Positions 8,452-18,132 of a DNA stretch of 34,843 nt are shown in pieces. Numbering within the stretch: position 1 is the stretch's first letter; each line of letters starts with the position of its first letter. The stretch is from positions 1-34,843 of the IMG/VR virus record IMGVR_UViG_3300037104_000290. The stretch is one strand, 5' to 3'. Under the pieces are notes generated by a model. The model was given only the letters and a program-made list of their open reading frames with translations, was not told the DNA's origin and searched no databases. The DNA is from a virus. The position numbers were made by a program, and so were the translations under genes.

Positions 8452-9351
8452 CTATCGGCCCCCTCCCCATGTGGTCATGGCCGGATTTGTACCCGACTTC
8501 TGATAGTTCCCATATCCGTAAGCTGCCATCTCCGCCGCGATCTTCTGAGGGAGCAGCTTCTTCTCGTTCTGGTACGTAGCCTCAAGCTCTGCCAGCCTGT
8601 TGTCTCTCTCCGCCGCCGCCTGTTGCGTGAGATTGGCAACGTTGTACGTCTGCATGAGCGCTTGTCGTTTGGTTTGGTAGTCGTTGTCAAGCAACATGTT
8701 ACGCTGCAAAAGCTCGTTTTGAGTCTTTGCCTTCTGGATTTCAAATGCTTGTGCCCGCTGGGTATCGGCGAGAGTTTGAACACCCGGGGCGTGCATTAGA
8801 CCATTACCCCATGTTTGGAGGAAATCCCCGCCCCCACTAAGCACCTTTTTCAGCATCCCCAACCAGTCGATATCGGTGCCTTTCTTAGGCACTTCCACAT
8901 CAGCCGTACCGGTCGTGTCTACAACGTCTCCCTCTGGCCCTGTATGGCCCGAGAGTACGTTCTTAATCATATCTTTGACTGTAGGGGACTTTGCAGCGAC
9001 TATAGGGCCAACAGATTTAGTAGTCTGAGGGGTCGGCTCGATGGCGGGGGGAGTTTCGGGAGGCGTTTCTGTCCCCGGTTTCGCGTGCCCAGTAGCCTCC
9101 ACGGTCTGCCCGACAGGGACAGGAGAATCCGATCCCGACTGTCCGAGCGAGGCTGCTCCGAAAGGAGAAAGGGTTTCGGAAGGCATTGCGGAATTTTTTG
9201 CTATCGTCTCAGCTATCCTAGCTTCAGCAAGAGCTTTCTGTTGTGCCGCATTTTGCGCATCAATTGATGCCTGATCGGTAGCGGGAGGAAGCTTGAGCGC
9301 GGCATCTTCTGGATTCCCAGCAGCTTGAGCAATTTGCGACGGATTAGGCAT
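8452..9351 (-). CDS. Virion/ejection protein, unknown function
   Basis: 299-aa ORF with a TAATG junction to the upstream gene. Low-complexity N-terminus and coiled-coil C-terminus. Confidence 0.45.
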   Translation of the reverse strand: MPNPSQIAQAAGNPEDAALKLPPATDQASIDAQNAAQQKALAEARIAETIAKNSAMPSETLSPFGAASLGQSGSDSPVPVGQTVEATGHAKPGTETPPETPPAIEPTPQTTKSVGPIVAAKSPTVKDMIKNVLSGHTGPEGDVVDTTGTADVEVPKKGTDIDWLGMLKKVLSGGGDFLQTWGNGLMHAPGVQTLADTQRAQAFEIQKAKTQNELLQRNMLLDNDYQTKRQALMQTYNVANLTQQAAAERDNRLAELEATYQNEKKLLPQKIAAEMAAYGYGNYQKSGTNPAMTTWGGGR

Positions 9352-10181
9352 TAACGTCCTCCCGCCATGGCTTCGAGTTTACGCACCTTGTCAGATAGAG
9401 CAAGAATTGTAGCAAGATAGGGATTCTCTGGTTCGGACGATGAAGTAGATTCAGGTGTTGAAGAAGGAACAACCGGTTCGCTTATTGGAACGGATGTTGC
9501 CCCTTGCTTACCTTTAAGCTTCGCCAGTATTTCACCGATTCGGTCAAGAGGTATTACAGCTTCTGGCCCCGCTTCTCCAACAACTGCACTTGTAGGTTTC
9601 GTAACCACTCCACCCTTAGCAAGTCCAAAAGAACTAGCCATCTTCCCCACTCCCGACATAAGAGCACCGGCATTATTAGCCCCCGCACTTGCATTCGTTG
9701 TCGCTTCCCCAGCCTGATTAGATCCGAGAGCGCCCTGGTTGGCTCCAATATTCCCTTGAGTTCCTACCGCCCCGAGCTGAGTATTAGCACCTTGCTCGTA
9801 GGCATTCATTCCAAGACTTTGCCCTTCTTTTTGGCCCTGAGTATAGGCATTCCCGGCCTGTTGGCTACCGAGTAAGGCAGACTGACCTTTATTGACCCCC
9901 GATGTTCGAGCCGCCTGAGTAGCCGCCTGCGTTCCTGATTTCGCGGCTTGTGTCCCCATTTGCTCACCGAGTGCAGAACCCGCCTGACCGGCTTCGGACG
10001 CCGATTGTGTAGCCGACTTGTTGGCAAGTTGACCGGCGGTTCCAGCAGCATTGGCCATCGTGCTGGCTCCCGCTGCTTGATTCGCGGTTCCTGCGGCTCT
10101 CTGCTCCGCTGCCGCGTTCGATTGATTTACTCCGGTTACATCCCCGATCCAATTACCTACCGATCCCCAAAAGTCTGCCAT
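9351..10181 (-). CDS. Gln/Ala/Gly-rich virion protein with tape-measure-type GGVVTKPTSAVVGEAGPEAVIPL motif
   Basis: 276-aa ORF. The motif VGE.GPE.ViPL is common near the ends of tape-measure/ejection proteins. Confidence 0.5.
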   Translation of the reverse strand: MADFWGSVGNWIGDVTGVNQSNAAAEQRAAGTANQAAGASTMANAAGTAGQLANKSATQSASEAGQAGSALGEQMGTQAAKSGTQAATQAARTSGVNKGQSALLGSQQAGNAYTQGQKEGQSLGMNAYEQGANTQLGAVGTQGNIGANQGALGSNQAGEATTNASAGANNAGALMSGVGKMASSFGLAKGGVVTKPTSAVVGEAGPEAVIPLDRIGEILAKLKGKQGATSVPISEPVVPSSTPESTSSSEPENPYLATILALSDKVRKLEAMAGGR

Positions 10182-12967
10182 TATCTGCTCCTCTGCCCGG
10201 CTATAACGGCCTGGGTCTCATCAGCATATTCAACGGATACGTCAGTGATGATGATGTGTTGCGTAGTGTCGATCTGTAGGGATGATGCAAGCGCCCGCCT
10301 ATTCTTTGGTTGAATCCTTGCGCGGTAGAATCCCAGTCCATCCCAGTCAGAGGGATTGATAGTGAGGTCCGCCCTTTGTAGCGTGTATGTGTCCTGATCG
10401 AACGCATGACAGCGCAAAGTTATTGGGACCGGTGAAAGTCCCTCGGGGTGATAAAAAGTCACAACCCAGTTATGCGCAATAGAGAGCTCGTTACCCTTGA
10501 GGGAGTGATACGCCGACTGCCACGTAAAAGGAGCTACAGTAGTAACCGCGGTCCCCCCCGTGGTTGTCGTCGTCCCCCGTGTAGCAAAGTCATACGTCCA
10601 TTTCAACGTATTGTTAGCTATCTGAATCCCCTGCGCGGTATCATAGAGAGTCAAAGATGTCTGCGTTGCCTTTTTATTGTTCTGCGTGACAATCCCGTCT
10701 CGGACCCATACGAAGGTATTGAAAGTTTGAAGCAATAGCGCGTCATCGCGGACGTTGTAGACTCCGTTGATGATAGTCTCGATACCACCTGACGAATTGC
10801 GAAGATCGTTCATGCGCTTGCTTTTCTGTACCGACCTTCCGCCATCGAACGTGTAGATCGAATTGTCAAACGTGGACAGGAAGTACGCGAGATTCGGAGA
10901 GACAGCGATAAACTGCAATCCCGTTGCTGGGCACACGAAGTATTTCGTCTGGTAGAGCGATCCGCTGAAGGACGTCAAGTAGACATTCAAGCCGTCGAAG
11001 ATGTAGCGCTGGCCGTATAGGTAGAGGCTTTCAAATGTTCCCGAGATATCGTTCCCGAGTTCGTATCCGGCATAGTCGTAGTCTATGTCGGGGACTCCGG
11101 CAACGCCGACGCCAAGAAAGAATGTGGACACGTCGCTCCACGCCACTTTATCGCCGAAGGTCGAACCCATAGCGATCGGAAGCCGCGTGTCTGCGACATA
11201 GAGAGAGCTTGTCAGGTCGTAATCAGTGAAGGGATTGTATACTGTGTAGGAATAACCCGATATCGAGAATGTGTAGACATCTGCCAGATAGACGTCTATC
11301 TGATACTTGACATATCTATCAATAAATGTGGGAAGTTCTACTCCGGGAAACTCGTATATTGAAGTCGATGATCCGCTTGTCTGAGCAAACTTAGCTCCGG
11401 TGTCAATGGAATTGGAATAGTCTCCGACTATCTTTGCAACCCACTGGCCGTCCGTACCGCTTCCCGAGTTCCTCATAATGAAACGGCCGTTATAGTCGTT
11501 CACACCAAGTTCAAGAGATCCTTTTTCGGTGTCAACAACGTTGAAAGCAGAAAGGCAGTTGATCATATACACCCGATCGCTGATCTTGTAGATTTCATGT
11601 GCCTGTCCAGATCGAATGTCCACGTAGTACAGTTGACGATTGTACCTATAGACGATTCTCGTATAGGTGGAATTATCGTCTACTACATGCAGCATGAATG
11701 TCGGATCGAACTCTCCGACGTTTGTGATCGGGACTCCGATGTGATCCCAGGTTGTCTTCCCCGACGTGATCGGTGCAACTGAGATGTATGCGGGTTCATC
11801 GTTGACCATTCCAATCCTGACCGATGTCAGGAATGTGCTATTGGCTCCCGCGACATGAATGTCTGTCAATTTCCCATAGGCATTGATTTTCGGGAACGTC
11901 CCGGTGAACACATCAGAACTTAGCCACCCGGGATCTGGTCCACCGTGCTCGAAATCGGGTGCAACATAGAAGTTGACGGCAGGGGCAGTGTCAGATCGGA
12001 TGTACGTGCATTCCACGTATCCCGGTCCGCTGATTGGATTTTTGACCGTGGCTGTCACGGCCCCAAGAGCTACACCGAAATACGTTTGCGTCGCGCTGTA
12101 CACCCCCAAACCGTTGTACCCGACAACGGCATAGCCGGTAAACATATTGGCTGCGTTTTTTGTCGGAGTGTTGTATGTCAGAACAGCCCGTGAATATGAT
12201 GTCCCGACATAACGATCGATGACAACCCATTTTACATTTACGGACTGGGAAATAGCAAGGTTATAGTAGTCCCCAACATCGCCAATCCAGCACTGCTGAG
12301 TAACCGAAGGTGTACCTTGATTCCACAAGAGGTATTTCCCTGCGGCGAATCTCCATGCACTATTGATGGCACTGGTTTCGGTGTTTGTAACCGATGTCCC
12401 CGATTCTTTCAAAATGTATGTCGTGCTGTCGACTATTTGGATTATGAACTCTTGATTTGCCACATACGTCATGTCGACGTATTTAACAAGAGCGACATAC
12501 AGGAATGGCTTTGCCGGCATTCTCGCAAAGGTGATGTCTCTAGTATTGATCACGCTTGCCGTGGCAGGATCGTATTCATCTACCGTGATGACCTTATTGG
12601 CGAGTTTGATTGCAACGAGGGTCCCCGTCGTTGTCCATGCGGCGTCAAGGTACGCCCCCGGAAGGACTCCGCGGCGATACACAGAGCACGGCCCGACGTT
12701 GCCGATCACGGAATTGTTGAGCCTCACGTTGTGGCTGGAATCGACCTGAAGAAGATCCCCGCTCTTCGTGATGATCGAGTTTGCTCCCGCCGTGGCGAAG
12801 GTCGTCTCCTGTTCGTAGATCGTGCTCACCCCACCATTGCGCTCGATCCCAGTGTTCTGGACGATCTGTGTAGGCTCGGAATTGAAGTCATAGGTATCAG
12901 AGCCTGTAGGGTTGTCAGTACAGATGGAGCTTTTGAGATTAAGCGAAGCTCGACTAGTCCCTTTCAT
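10181..12967 (-). CDS. Large tail structural protein (928 aa)
   Basis: ORF 10181-12976 trimmed to ATG 12967 (ATGA overlap with the upstream stop). Assigned by size and position only. Confidence 0.5.
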   Translation of the reverse strand: MKGTSRASLNLKSSICTDNPTGSDTYDFNSEPTQIVQNTGIERNGGVSTIYEQETTFATAGANSIITKSGDLLQVDSSHNVRLNNSVIGNVGPCSVYRRGVLPGAYLDAAWTTTGTLVAIKLANKVITVDEYDPATASVINTRDITFARMPAKPFLYVALVKYVDMTYVANQEFIIQIVDSTTYILKESGTSVTNTETSAINSAWRFAAGKYLLWNQGTPSVTQQCWIGDVGDYYNLAISQSVNVKWVVIDRYVGTSYSRAVLTYNTPTKNAANMFTGYAVVGYNGLGVYSATQTYFGVALGAVTATVKNPISGPGYVECTYIRSDTAPAVNFYVAPDFEHGGPDPGWLSSDVFTGTFPKINAYGKLTDIHVAGANSTFLTSVRIGMVNDEPAYISVAPITSGKTTWDHIGVPITNVGEFDPTFMLHVVDDNSTYTRIVYRYNRQLYYVDIRSGQAHEIYKISDRVYMINCLSAFNVVDTEKGSLELGVNDYNGRFIMRNSGSGTDGQWVAKIVGDYSNSIDTGAKFAQTSGSSTSIYEFPGVELPTFIDRYVKYQIDVYLADVYTFSISGYSYTVYNPFTDYDLTSSLYVADTRLPIAMGSTFGDKVAWSDVSTFFLGVGVAGVPDIDYDYAGYELGNDISGTFESLYLYGQRYIFDGLNVYLTSFSGSLYQTKYFVCPATGLQFIAVSPNLAYFLSTFDNSIYTFDGGRSVQKSKRMNDLRNSSGGIETIINGVYNVRDDALLLQTFNTFVWVRDGIVTQNNKKATQTSLTLYDTAQGIQIANNTLKWTYDFATRGTTTTTGGTAVTTVAPFTWQSAYHSLKGNELSIAHNWVVTFYHPEGLSPVPITLRCHAFDQDTYTLQRADLTINPSDWDGLGFYRARIQPKNRRALASSLQIDTTQHIIITDVSVEYADETQAVIAGQRSR

Positions 12968-14391
12968 CTTACCCAACTCCTGCTTGCATAGGCATTCCTG
13001 ATATGCTCCGGTTGATAAGCATCGCGCTTGATCGTGTCGTGGAATCTATCCCAGAGCATTTTAAGCTTCGTCATATGAGCGGTCGTGTCGGCTGATTGTT
13101 TCGTTCGGTAATCAACGGCGCTCTGCCATGCCATGATTTCGGGTACAAGGTTGTTAGGGTAGCTAAAAGAATAGTTCACCGTCCCGTCAACCCCGAGGAG
13201 TTGCATGTACGGATTTGTGCTCTTGAGCGTCGGGATGATCCACGTCGAGGGAACTTGATTGACATCGTAGACCACCTGTCCAATATCGGTTACAGCGTTG
13301 TCCACTATGTCATCAGTTAGAATCGCGGCAGTCAGTGCGTTGAACGTTACCCTCCGTACGTTCGAGGCGTTGTCCAGAATGTAGAGGAGAGTCGAACTCC
13401 CACCGTCAGAGGTGATCTTAGCGATACTCGAGGCGTAGAGCGGAGTTGCCACGCCCACGATTGACACGATCGATGCGGAGGTCCGGTAGACCGTCACCGG
13501 TCCTATCTGCACCACACTCGTAGCATTAGCTACCGTGTAGACTAGGGCATCGGTTCCGCCAGTGAGATCGCATGACCGAATAGCTGCCGCTGTCGTGTAG
13601 TAGATCGTCCCCGTGTTCGCTATGTAGAATGAGATAACGCCCGCTGGCGTCGTCGCCTGAGTCGGTGCAAGAAATGCCGCTGTCAAGGCTGTCGTCTTGT
13701 ACCAGATGAGTCCGCCTCGTATCCAGTACAGCACCCCCTTGTAGTACACGAGATTCGTCACGGCCCCGGAATCCGTGAAGAGGGCCACGGGAGCTCCTAC
13801 GGTGTTATTGAGGATGTTCTCCGAGGTTATAATTGCTCCGTTTGCGTAGACCATCGTTTCTAGGTATGGCGCATAACAGGGGGCAAGAATTGCAGAGAAA
13901 AGGTTGGGAGAATAGCTCGTCCCATAGACAAAATCCGCTTGCGGACAGGTGATCGTCGAAGTGATAGGATAGTAACCGAGTCTCAGCGTCATCCCGGTAG
14001 CAGGGACTGCCCCACCGATGATCCATAGGTTCGTCCCCTTGATCCTGTAGTATGGATCTCCGGGTTGATCGTCCTTCTGTGCAAGGTTGAACTTGCGGAC
14101 TGGCATCCAGTCGCTCGTGGCGTTCCTGAAATCGAGATATCGCAGTTTTAGGAAGTCATAAGGCAGGGGAAATAGCCACTCGTTAGCGGATCCTGCCACG
14201 GCATAGATAGTCGTGAGAGTGATGGTCAAGTCCGTCACGTAGTAGTCGTCATCGTTTTCCACCAGTTGGTTATAGATATCCTTCCATGATTCGTTGATGC
14301 TGTTGATCTCGTCGAGATGAGAGACAAATAGGCTGTTAGGAAGGTCTGAGGCACTACGTGCTCGGAGAACAATGTCTATTGCTGTCATCAC
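12964..14391 (-). CDS. Tail/adaptor structural protein (~475 aa)
   Basis: ORF 12964-14478. The region 14392-14478 holds the divergent promoter of the moron. Likely start is GTG 14391 or ATG 14388, embedded in the conserved element also seen at 21555-21576. Confidence 0.5.
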   Translation of the reverse strand: MMTAIDIVLRARSASDLPNSLFVSHLDEINSINESWKDIYNQLVENDDDYYVTDLTITLTTIYAVAGSANEWLFPLPYDFLKLRYLDFRNATSDWMPVRKFNLAQKDDQPGDPYYRIKGTNLWIIGGAVPATGMTLRLGYYPITSTITCPQADFVYGTSYSPNLFSAILAPCYAPYLETMVYANGAIITSENILNNTVGAPVALFTDSGAVTNLVYYKGVLYWIRGGLIWYKTTALTAAFLAPTQATTPAGVISFYIANTGTIYYTTAAAIRSCDLTGGTDALVYTVANATSVVQIGPVTVYRTSASIVSIVGVATPLYASSIAKITSDGGSSTLLYILDNASNVRRVTFNALTAAILTDDIVDNAVTDIGQVVYDVNQVPSTWIIPTLKSTNPYMQLLGVDGTVNYSFSYPNNLVPEIMAWQSAVDYRTKQSADTTAHMTKLKMLWDRFHDTIKRDAYQPEHIRNAYASRSWVR

Positions 14392-14442
14392 ACATATAAG
14401 GTATGATCTGGAAAAATAGTCCCGATTCAATTTATATTTTTG

Positions 14443-14472
14443 TTGCAAAACTATATAAAACGGGTGTATAAT
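14443..14472 (+). promoter_or_regulatory. Sigma70-type promoter of the plus-strand moron
   Basis: TTGCAA (14443-14448), 18-nt spacer, TATAAT (14467-14472) preceded by TG. GGAGGA RBS and ATG 14490 follow. Confidence 0.6.
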
Positions 14473-14489
14473 GGCCACAGGAGGACTAT

Positions 14490-14750
14490 ATGAGAAAGAT
14501 CGTTGAAGAGGTTGGGAATGAAGGCTTGGAAAAGTTCCTTGGAGAAGTGGTAACGCTTTTCTGCGCGAACTACATTTATACCGGGATGCTATCGAGGGTA
14601 AACGATACTTGCGTTCTACTCACCGACCCATCGATTGTCTATGAGACAGGAGCGTTTTCCAATAAAGGATGGAAGGACGCACAGAAATTACCCTCAAAGG
14701 AGTGGTACGTCCAGACCTTAGCCATTGAGAGCTTTGGAAAGATGAAATGA
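14490..14750 (+). CDS. Small globular phage protein (family pattern FCANYIYTG.L..VND.CV.L.D.SIVYETG), function unknown
   Basis: ORF 14490-14750 with a strong promoter and SD. Distant pattern similarity to the 27135-27410 product. Confidence 0.65.
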   Translation: MRKIVEEVGNEGLEKFLGEVVTLFCANYIYTGMLSRVNDTCVLLTDPSIVYETGAFSNKGWKDAQKLPSKEWYVQTLAIESFGKMK

Positions 14751-15001
14751 CCATCAGAACTATTCATAGTCGATATCGACGCCGGAGCGGGAGAGGGAGC
14801 GGGAGCGGGAGCCGGAGCTGGAGCGGGAGCTGGAGCTGGAGCTGGAGCCGGAGCGGGAGCTGGAGCGGGAGCTGGAGCGGGAGCCGGAGCTGGAGCGGGA
14901 GCGGGAGCCGGAGCTGGAACGGGAGCTGGAGCGGGAGCCGGAGCTGGAGCGGGAGCGGGAGCCGGAGCTGGAGCGGGAGCTGGAGCGGGAGCCGGATATG
15001 A
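14747..15001 (+). CDS. Dipeptide-repeat protein (Ser-[Gly/Arg/Trp])n
   Basis: ORF 14747-15001 with ATGA overlaps at both ends. The alternative reading is (Pro-Ala)n on the minus strand, ORF 14639-15043. Confidence 0.45.
   Translation: MTIRTIHSRYRRRSGRGSGSGSRSWSGSWSWSWSRSGSWSGSWSGSRSWSGSGSRSWNGSWSGSRSWSGSGSRSWSGSWSGSRI
14783..14994. repeat. About 35 tandem copies of the hexamer NGGAGC (N = G/T/C) with a 54-nt higher-order duplication
   Basis: Units counted directly. Only position 1 varies, apart from two single substitutions (gggaga, tggaac). Units 18-26 and 27-35 repeat the order C T G G C T G T G. Confidence 0.95.
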
Positions 15002-15315
15002 AAAAGCCTGTCTTGATTTTGGTTCTAGTGCTCTGTCTTGCATCCTTATCCTATGCCGATTCTTTCTCTATCTTTCCTGATTTCACCTTCCGTCAATCAT
15101 TAGATTTGGTCCTAGGGGGTTCTGCGTGCCTTTCCGTGCTTGTTAGCACGGCCTACCTTCCTGACGTCCTTACAAATGCTCCTAGGAACGAATGGGATAT
15201 GGCTCAAGCCTTGTCTATCATAGCCGTTTGGATAATCTCGGAAGTAACGATCGGCTCCATAGGCAATAATGGAACTACAATCTCAATCCAGGGGTTCCAT
15301 ATAGGCTCTCTATAA
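14998..15315 (+). CDS. Secreted/membrane protein (signal peptide plus one TM)
   Basis: ORF 14998-15315. MKKPVLILVLVLCLASLSYA signal-like start and ALSIIAVWIISEVTIGSIG hydrophobic segment. Confidence 0.6.
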   Translation: MKKPVLILVLVLCLASLSYADSFSIFPDFTFRQSLDLVLGGSACLSVLVSTAYLPDVLTNAPRNEWDMAQALSIIAVWIISEVTIGSIGNNGTTISIQGFHIGSL

Positions 15316-15319
15316 AAGA

Positions 15320-15340
15320 GGGGGGCCTTGTGAGCCCCCC
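15320..15340. terminator. GC hairpin between convergent genes; intrinsic terminator for the capsid gene, possibly bidirectional
   Basis: GGGGGGC-cttgtga-GCCCCCC. On the minus strand it is followed by CTCTTTTATA. Confidence 0.65.
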
Positions 15341-15391
15341 AAAGTGCAAGGAGGAGGTAAGTGAAGAGCGGGTCGGGCTCTATCTTACTTT

Positions 15392-16789
15392 CTAGTGAGC
15401 TCCAAAGTCAACCACTGCACCATGTCCTGGCTCCCTATATGCGAAGTTCCCGAGCAAGCTCACGCTGATCTGAGCCGCAGGCCCTTCCGTGGAGGTCGAG
15501 TTGCCGGTTATGCTGATGTAATCGTCAATGTTGAGTTTGAACGTGGTGTCAGGCTCTTCCTGATTTTCGTCAGCAGCCGCAGCTCCCGGTTCATTACCTT
15601 CAACGCCATCCTTGATGATCTTTTCGGCGTTGGTATAAGTGACGAACTCCATGACCTCGCGGTCGAGGATCCACGCATACCCCAGCGGGCAGAAAGGATC
15701 GTCGTACACGTACTCGATCCAGTTCGTGCTCATGGCGAAGCGAAGGGCTGAGAGACCACGAGCTACCTCGTTCTTCTGATTCTTGGCTCCCGTGGTGTTG
15801 ATCTGCTGCATCATGGCGGTCTGCTGGTTCATCTCGCCGTTCATCGTCAGCCAGTCGTTGTCGTTGAGAGCGATCATGTCCGGGACTCCACCGCCCCTGC
15901 GGACATACGCCACACCGTTAACGAGAGCATCCATGTAGAGCTGCCCGTTAGTCTTCTGGTAATACCACCCGGCAAGCATATTCGTGCTTGCGTTTCTGGT
16001 GACTCCATAGAAGGGCGTCGCGTTGTATGCCGCCCAGTTGGCACCCGTTCGGGTCCCCAGGTAGGGAATCCATCCAGCGAGCCCTGTAGGCATGTTGGGA
16101 GCGAGCCCCGCATCACGTCCACCGTTGATGTAGATCATCGATCCAGCCGCCCAGGGAGTAGCGCCAACAACACCGCCTGTCCAAGTGATCGTATTTCCGT
16201 CGATCGCTGACACATTACGTACCGTCGCATCATAGGCCGCAGCACTAGGAAGCGTACCCGTAGCAGCGAATGGAATCACAAGGAACTGTGACCCGATTGC
16301 CAGCTTACATATGGTGTCCGAGTTAAGCGTCGCCGTAGCGGCACCCGTAGCTACAACGCTCGGAAGATATCCGATATCCCCGATCCCATAGCCATAGAGA
16401 CATGCGCCAAAGTTTTTCCGGGTGCTCTCGCACGAGGCGAAGAACTTGAGGCCCAGCGCCTTGAGATATCCACCGCGTTTCGTCCTAGCACCGAGATACT
16501 CTTTCTGCGTGACGTTGAACACGGTGAAGATGTTGCCCGTGGTGACAGCCATTTCAGCAGTCTTTGCGGAGCTCGCGGCATTCGCCACAGCCACCGTGTA
16601 GTCACCGCTCGTGTTACCACCCCTGTCATATGGGATGGTGAACTGATAGGTTTGGCCTTCCCATTTGTTGATCTCGATCTCACGCCCTACCGGGGAGCTT
16701 CTGAAAAAGCATCCACGAATGCGCTTATCGGTGTAATACCGTTTGTATGCCCCCAAAAGAAAGGCATCAGCGGTTACCTGTTGTGCCAT
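15392..16789 (-). CDS. Major capsid protein
   Basis: 465-aa ORF with AGGAGG SD, directly after a scaffold-like gene and followed by a terminator. Assigned by position and size. Confidence 0.65.
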   Translation of the reverse strand: MAQQVTADAFLLGAYKRYYTDKRIRGCFFRSSPVGREIEINKWEGQTYQFTIPYDRGGNTSGDYTVAVANAASSAKTAEMAVTTGNIFTVFNVTQKEYLGARTKRGGYLKALGLKFFASCESTRKNFGACLYGYGIGDIGYLPSVVATGAATATLNSDTICKLAIGSQFLVIPFAATGTLPSAAAYDATVRNVSAIDGNTITWTGGVVGATPWAAGSMIYINGGRDAGLAPNMPTGLAGWIPYLGTRTGANWAAYNATPFYGVTRNASTNMLAGWYYQKTNGQLYMDALVNGVAYVRRGGGVPDMIALNDNDWLTMNGEMNQQTAMMQQINTTGAKNQKNEVARGLSALRFAMSTNWIEYVYDDPFCPLGYAWILDREVMEFVTYTNAEKIIKDGVEGNEPGAAAADENQEEPDTTFKLNIDDYISITGNSTSTEGPAAQISVSLLGNFAYREPGHGAVVDFGAH

Positions 16790-16807
16790 ATTTCATAACC
16801 TCCTGTG

Positions 16808-17437
16808 TTATGCGCCCTTCCTGCGGGCTGTTCGTTTTGCGAAACGCTCATCACGGGAATCATCTCGGTCCTTCATGGCCGCTATTTCGTCCCATGCCTT
16901 CTGCGTATCTTCATCCACTTCGGGCTCTTCATCGGCTTCGCCCTTGGCCTCTTCTTTGGCGGGAACTTCCGCCGTAGTTACTTCGGCAACGATGGGCTCA
17001 TCAGCAATACCCAGCTTTTCCTTGATCTGCTGGATAACCTCTTTGAGCTTTCCTTCGCCCATTTCATCAGTGAATCCTTCTTCACCGCGAAGTTGATCCA
17101 TATAGTCGAAGGCCTTATCATGCAAGTCAGCGCCGAAAGTCCGTTTGAATGGTTCTGCCAGGGGATCAAGCATGGATCCATACTTTCCCTTAAACTCGCC
17201 CATTTTTTCAGTCCGGACATTACCCTCATAAGCCTCTTTGATTCCGCCTATCAGCTCATCCATGACCAAAGCTTTGAGACTTGACAATTCCTCATGCATG
17301 GCTTTGTTTTCATCACAAAGGTATTCAACAACTTCTGCGAGTTTGTCCATAGGATCGGGCTGTTCGGCTTCATCGAGAGCGGCTTTTAGGGCCGCCCTCT
17401 CTTCAGGTGTCAGTAATTGTACGGCCGACATTTCCAT
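16808..17437 (-). CDS. Scaffolding protein
   Basis: ORF 16808-17587 trimmed to ATG 17437 (AGGGAGG SD, after the upstream stop at 17449). Highly acidic and helical, immediately upstream of the capsid gene. Confidence 0.6.
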   Translation of the reverse strand: MEMSAVQLLTPEERAALKAALDEAEQPDPMDKLAEVVEYLCDENKAMHEELSSLKALVMDELIGGIKEAYEGNVRTEKMGEFKGKYGSMLDPLAEPFKRTFGADLHDKAFDYMDQLRGEEGFTDEMGEGKLKEVIQQIKEKLGIADEPIVAEVTTAEVPAKEEAKGEADEEPEVDEDTQKAWDEIAAMKDRDDSRDERFAKRTARRKGA

Positions 17438-17448
17438 ATCAGCCTCCC

Positions 17449-18117
17449 TTACTGGTTGAAGTACGAATATACCGGGAACTCTGCAAACGTGATACTTGTC
17501 CAATACGTCGTACTTGACGCCGTAGTCGGACATCCGAGAGAGATCGAAGTCCCAGGAGGCATGATGACCGAACTCTTGAAATCCCATAGGATATTCGAGA
17601 TCGTCCCCGACGCCGCCGCGCCTTCCAACCAGTGGTTGATTCCAAGATCCATCAGAACCGCAGGCTGAGTCGTGAATGTTACCGCGGCGTTTGCAAACCT
17701 CGTGTTACACGCACCACGCCCAACCATATTTGAGGAAGGTGCAATGTTGGTAAAGGTTGCAAGCGGTGCCCCAGTCCCTACTCCATCGCCCGTATTCTTC
17801 AGCCAGCTAATCGAGAACCCCTGCAAGGCAGGAGTACCGACGGCCGCCACTGAAAGAGCGATGAACATGGGCACTACCACCTTCCCAGAGCTTGCGGCAT
17901 TCCATAGCGTAGGGGAATTGGTGAGAGTCGTGTTGATAGGGATTGCAGCAGCGGCTCCCGAACGTGCCGTGAAAACAAATCCCTGTCTTGTCCATTCGTA
18001 ATAATCGGATGCGCCGGGAATCATCACCTGTTCCCCGTAGTCACCCGACCTAAGATAACTGGGTTGCCCTTTCGTAAAGGGCCCAACAAATCCTACTTGA
18101 GACTGAAAATCAAGCAT
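17449..18117 (-). CDS. Virion-associated protein, paralog of 18133-18813
   Basis: Shared blocks: TTLTN.P.LWN...SGK.V.P, AVGTP...G, TGAP..TF.NIAP, FAN..VT.T.QP, TSI.FAE.P. Confidence 0.5.
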   Translation of the reverse strand: MLDFQSQVGFVGPFTKGQPSYLRSGDYGEQVMIPGASDYYEWTRQGFVFTARSGAAAAIPINTTLTNSPTLWNAASSGKVVVPMFIALSVAAVGTPALQGFSISWLKNTGDGVGTGAPLATFTNIAPSSNMVGRGACNTRFANAAVTFTTQPAVLMDLGINHWLEGAAASGTISNILWDFKSSVIMPPGTSISLGCPTTASSTTYWTSITFAEFPVYSYFNQ

Positions 18118-18132
18118 GTTTCATTTCCTCCC

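Noticed and set aside
14392-14478. N-terminal 29 codons of ORF 12964-14478.
   Set aside because: This extension runs antisense through the -35/-10 of the divergent moron promoter. An in-frame GTG/ATG lies within the conserved element at 14387-14406.
14783-14994. CRISPR-like array or other spaced repeat.
   Set aside because: The units are contiguous 6-nt repeats with no spacers. This is simple tandem DNA inside or between coding frames.
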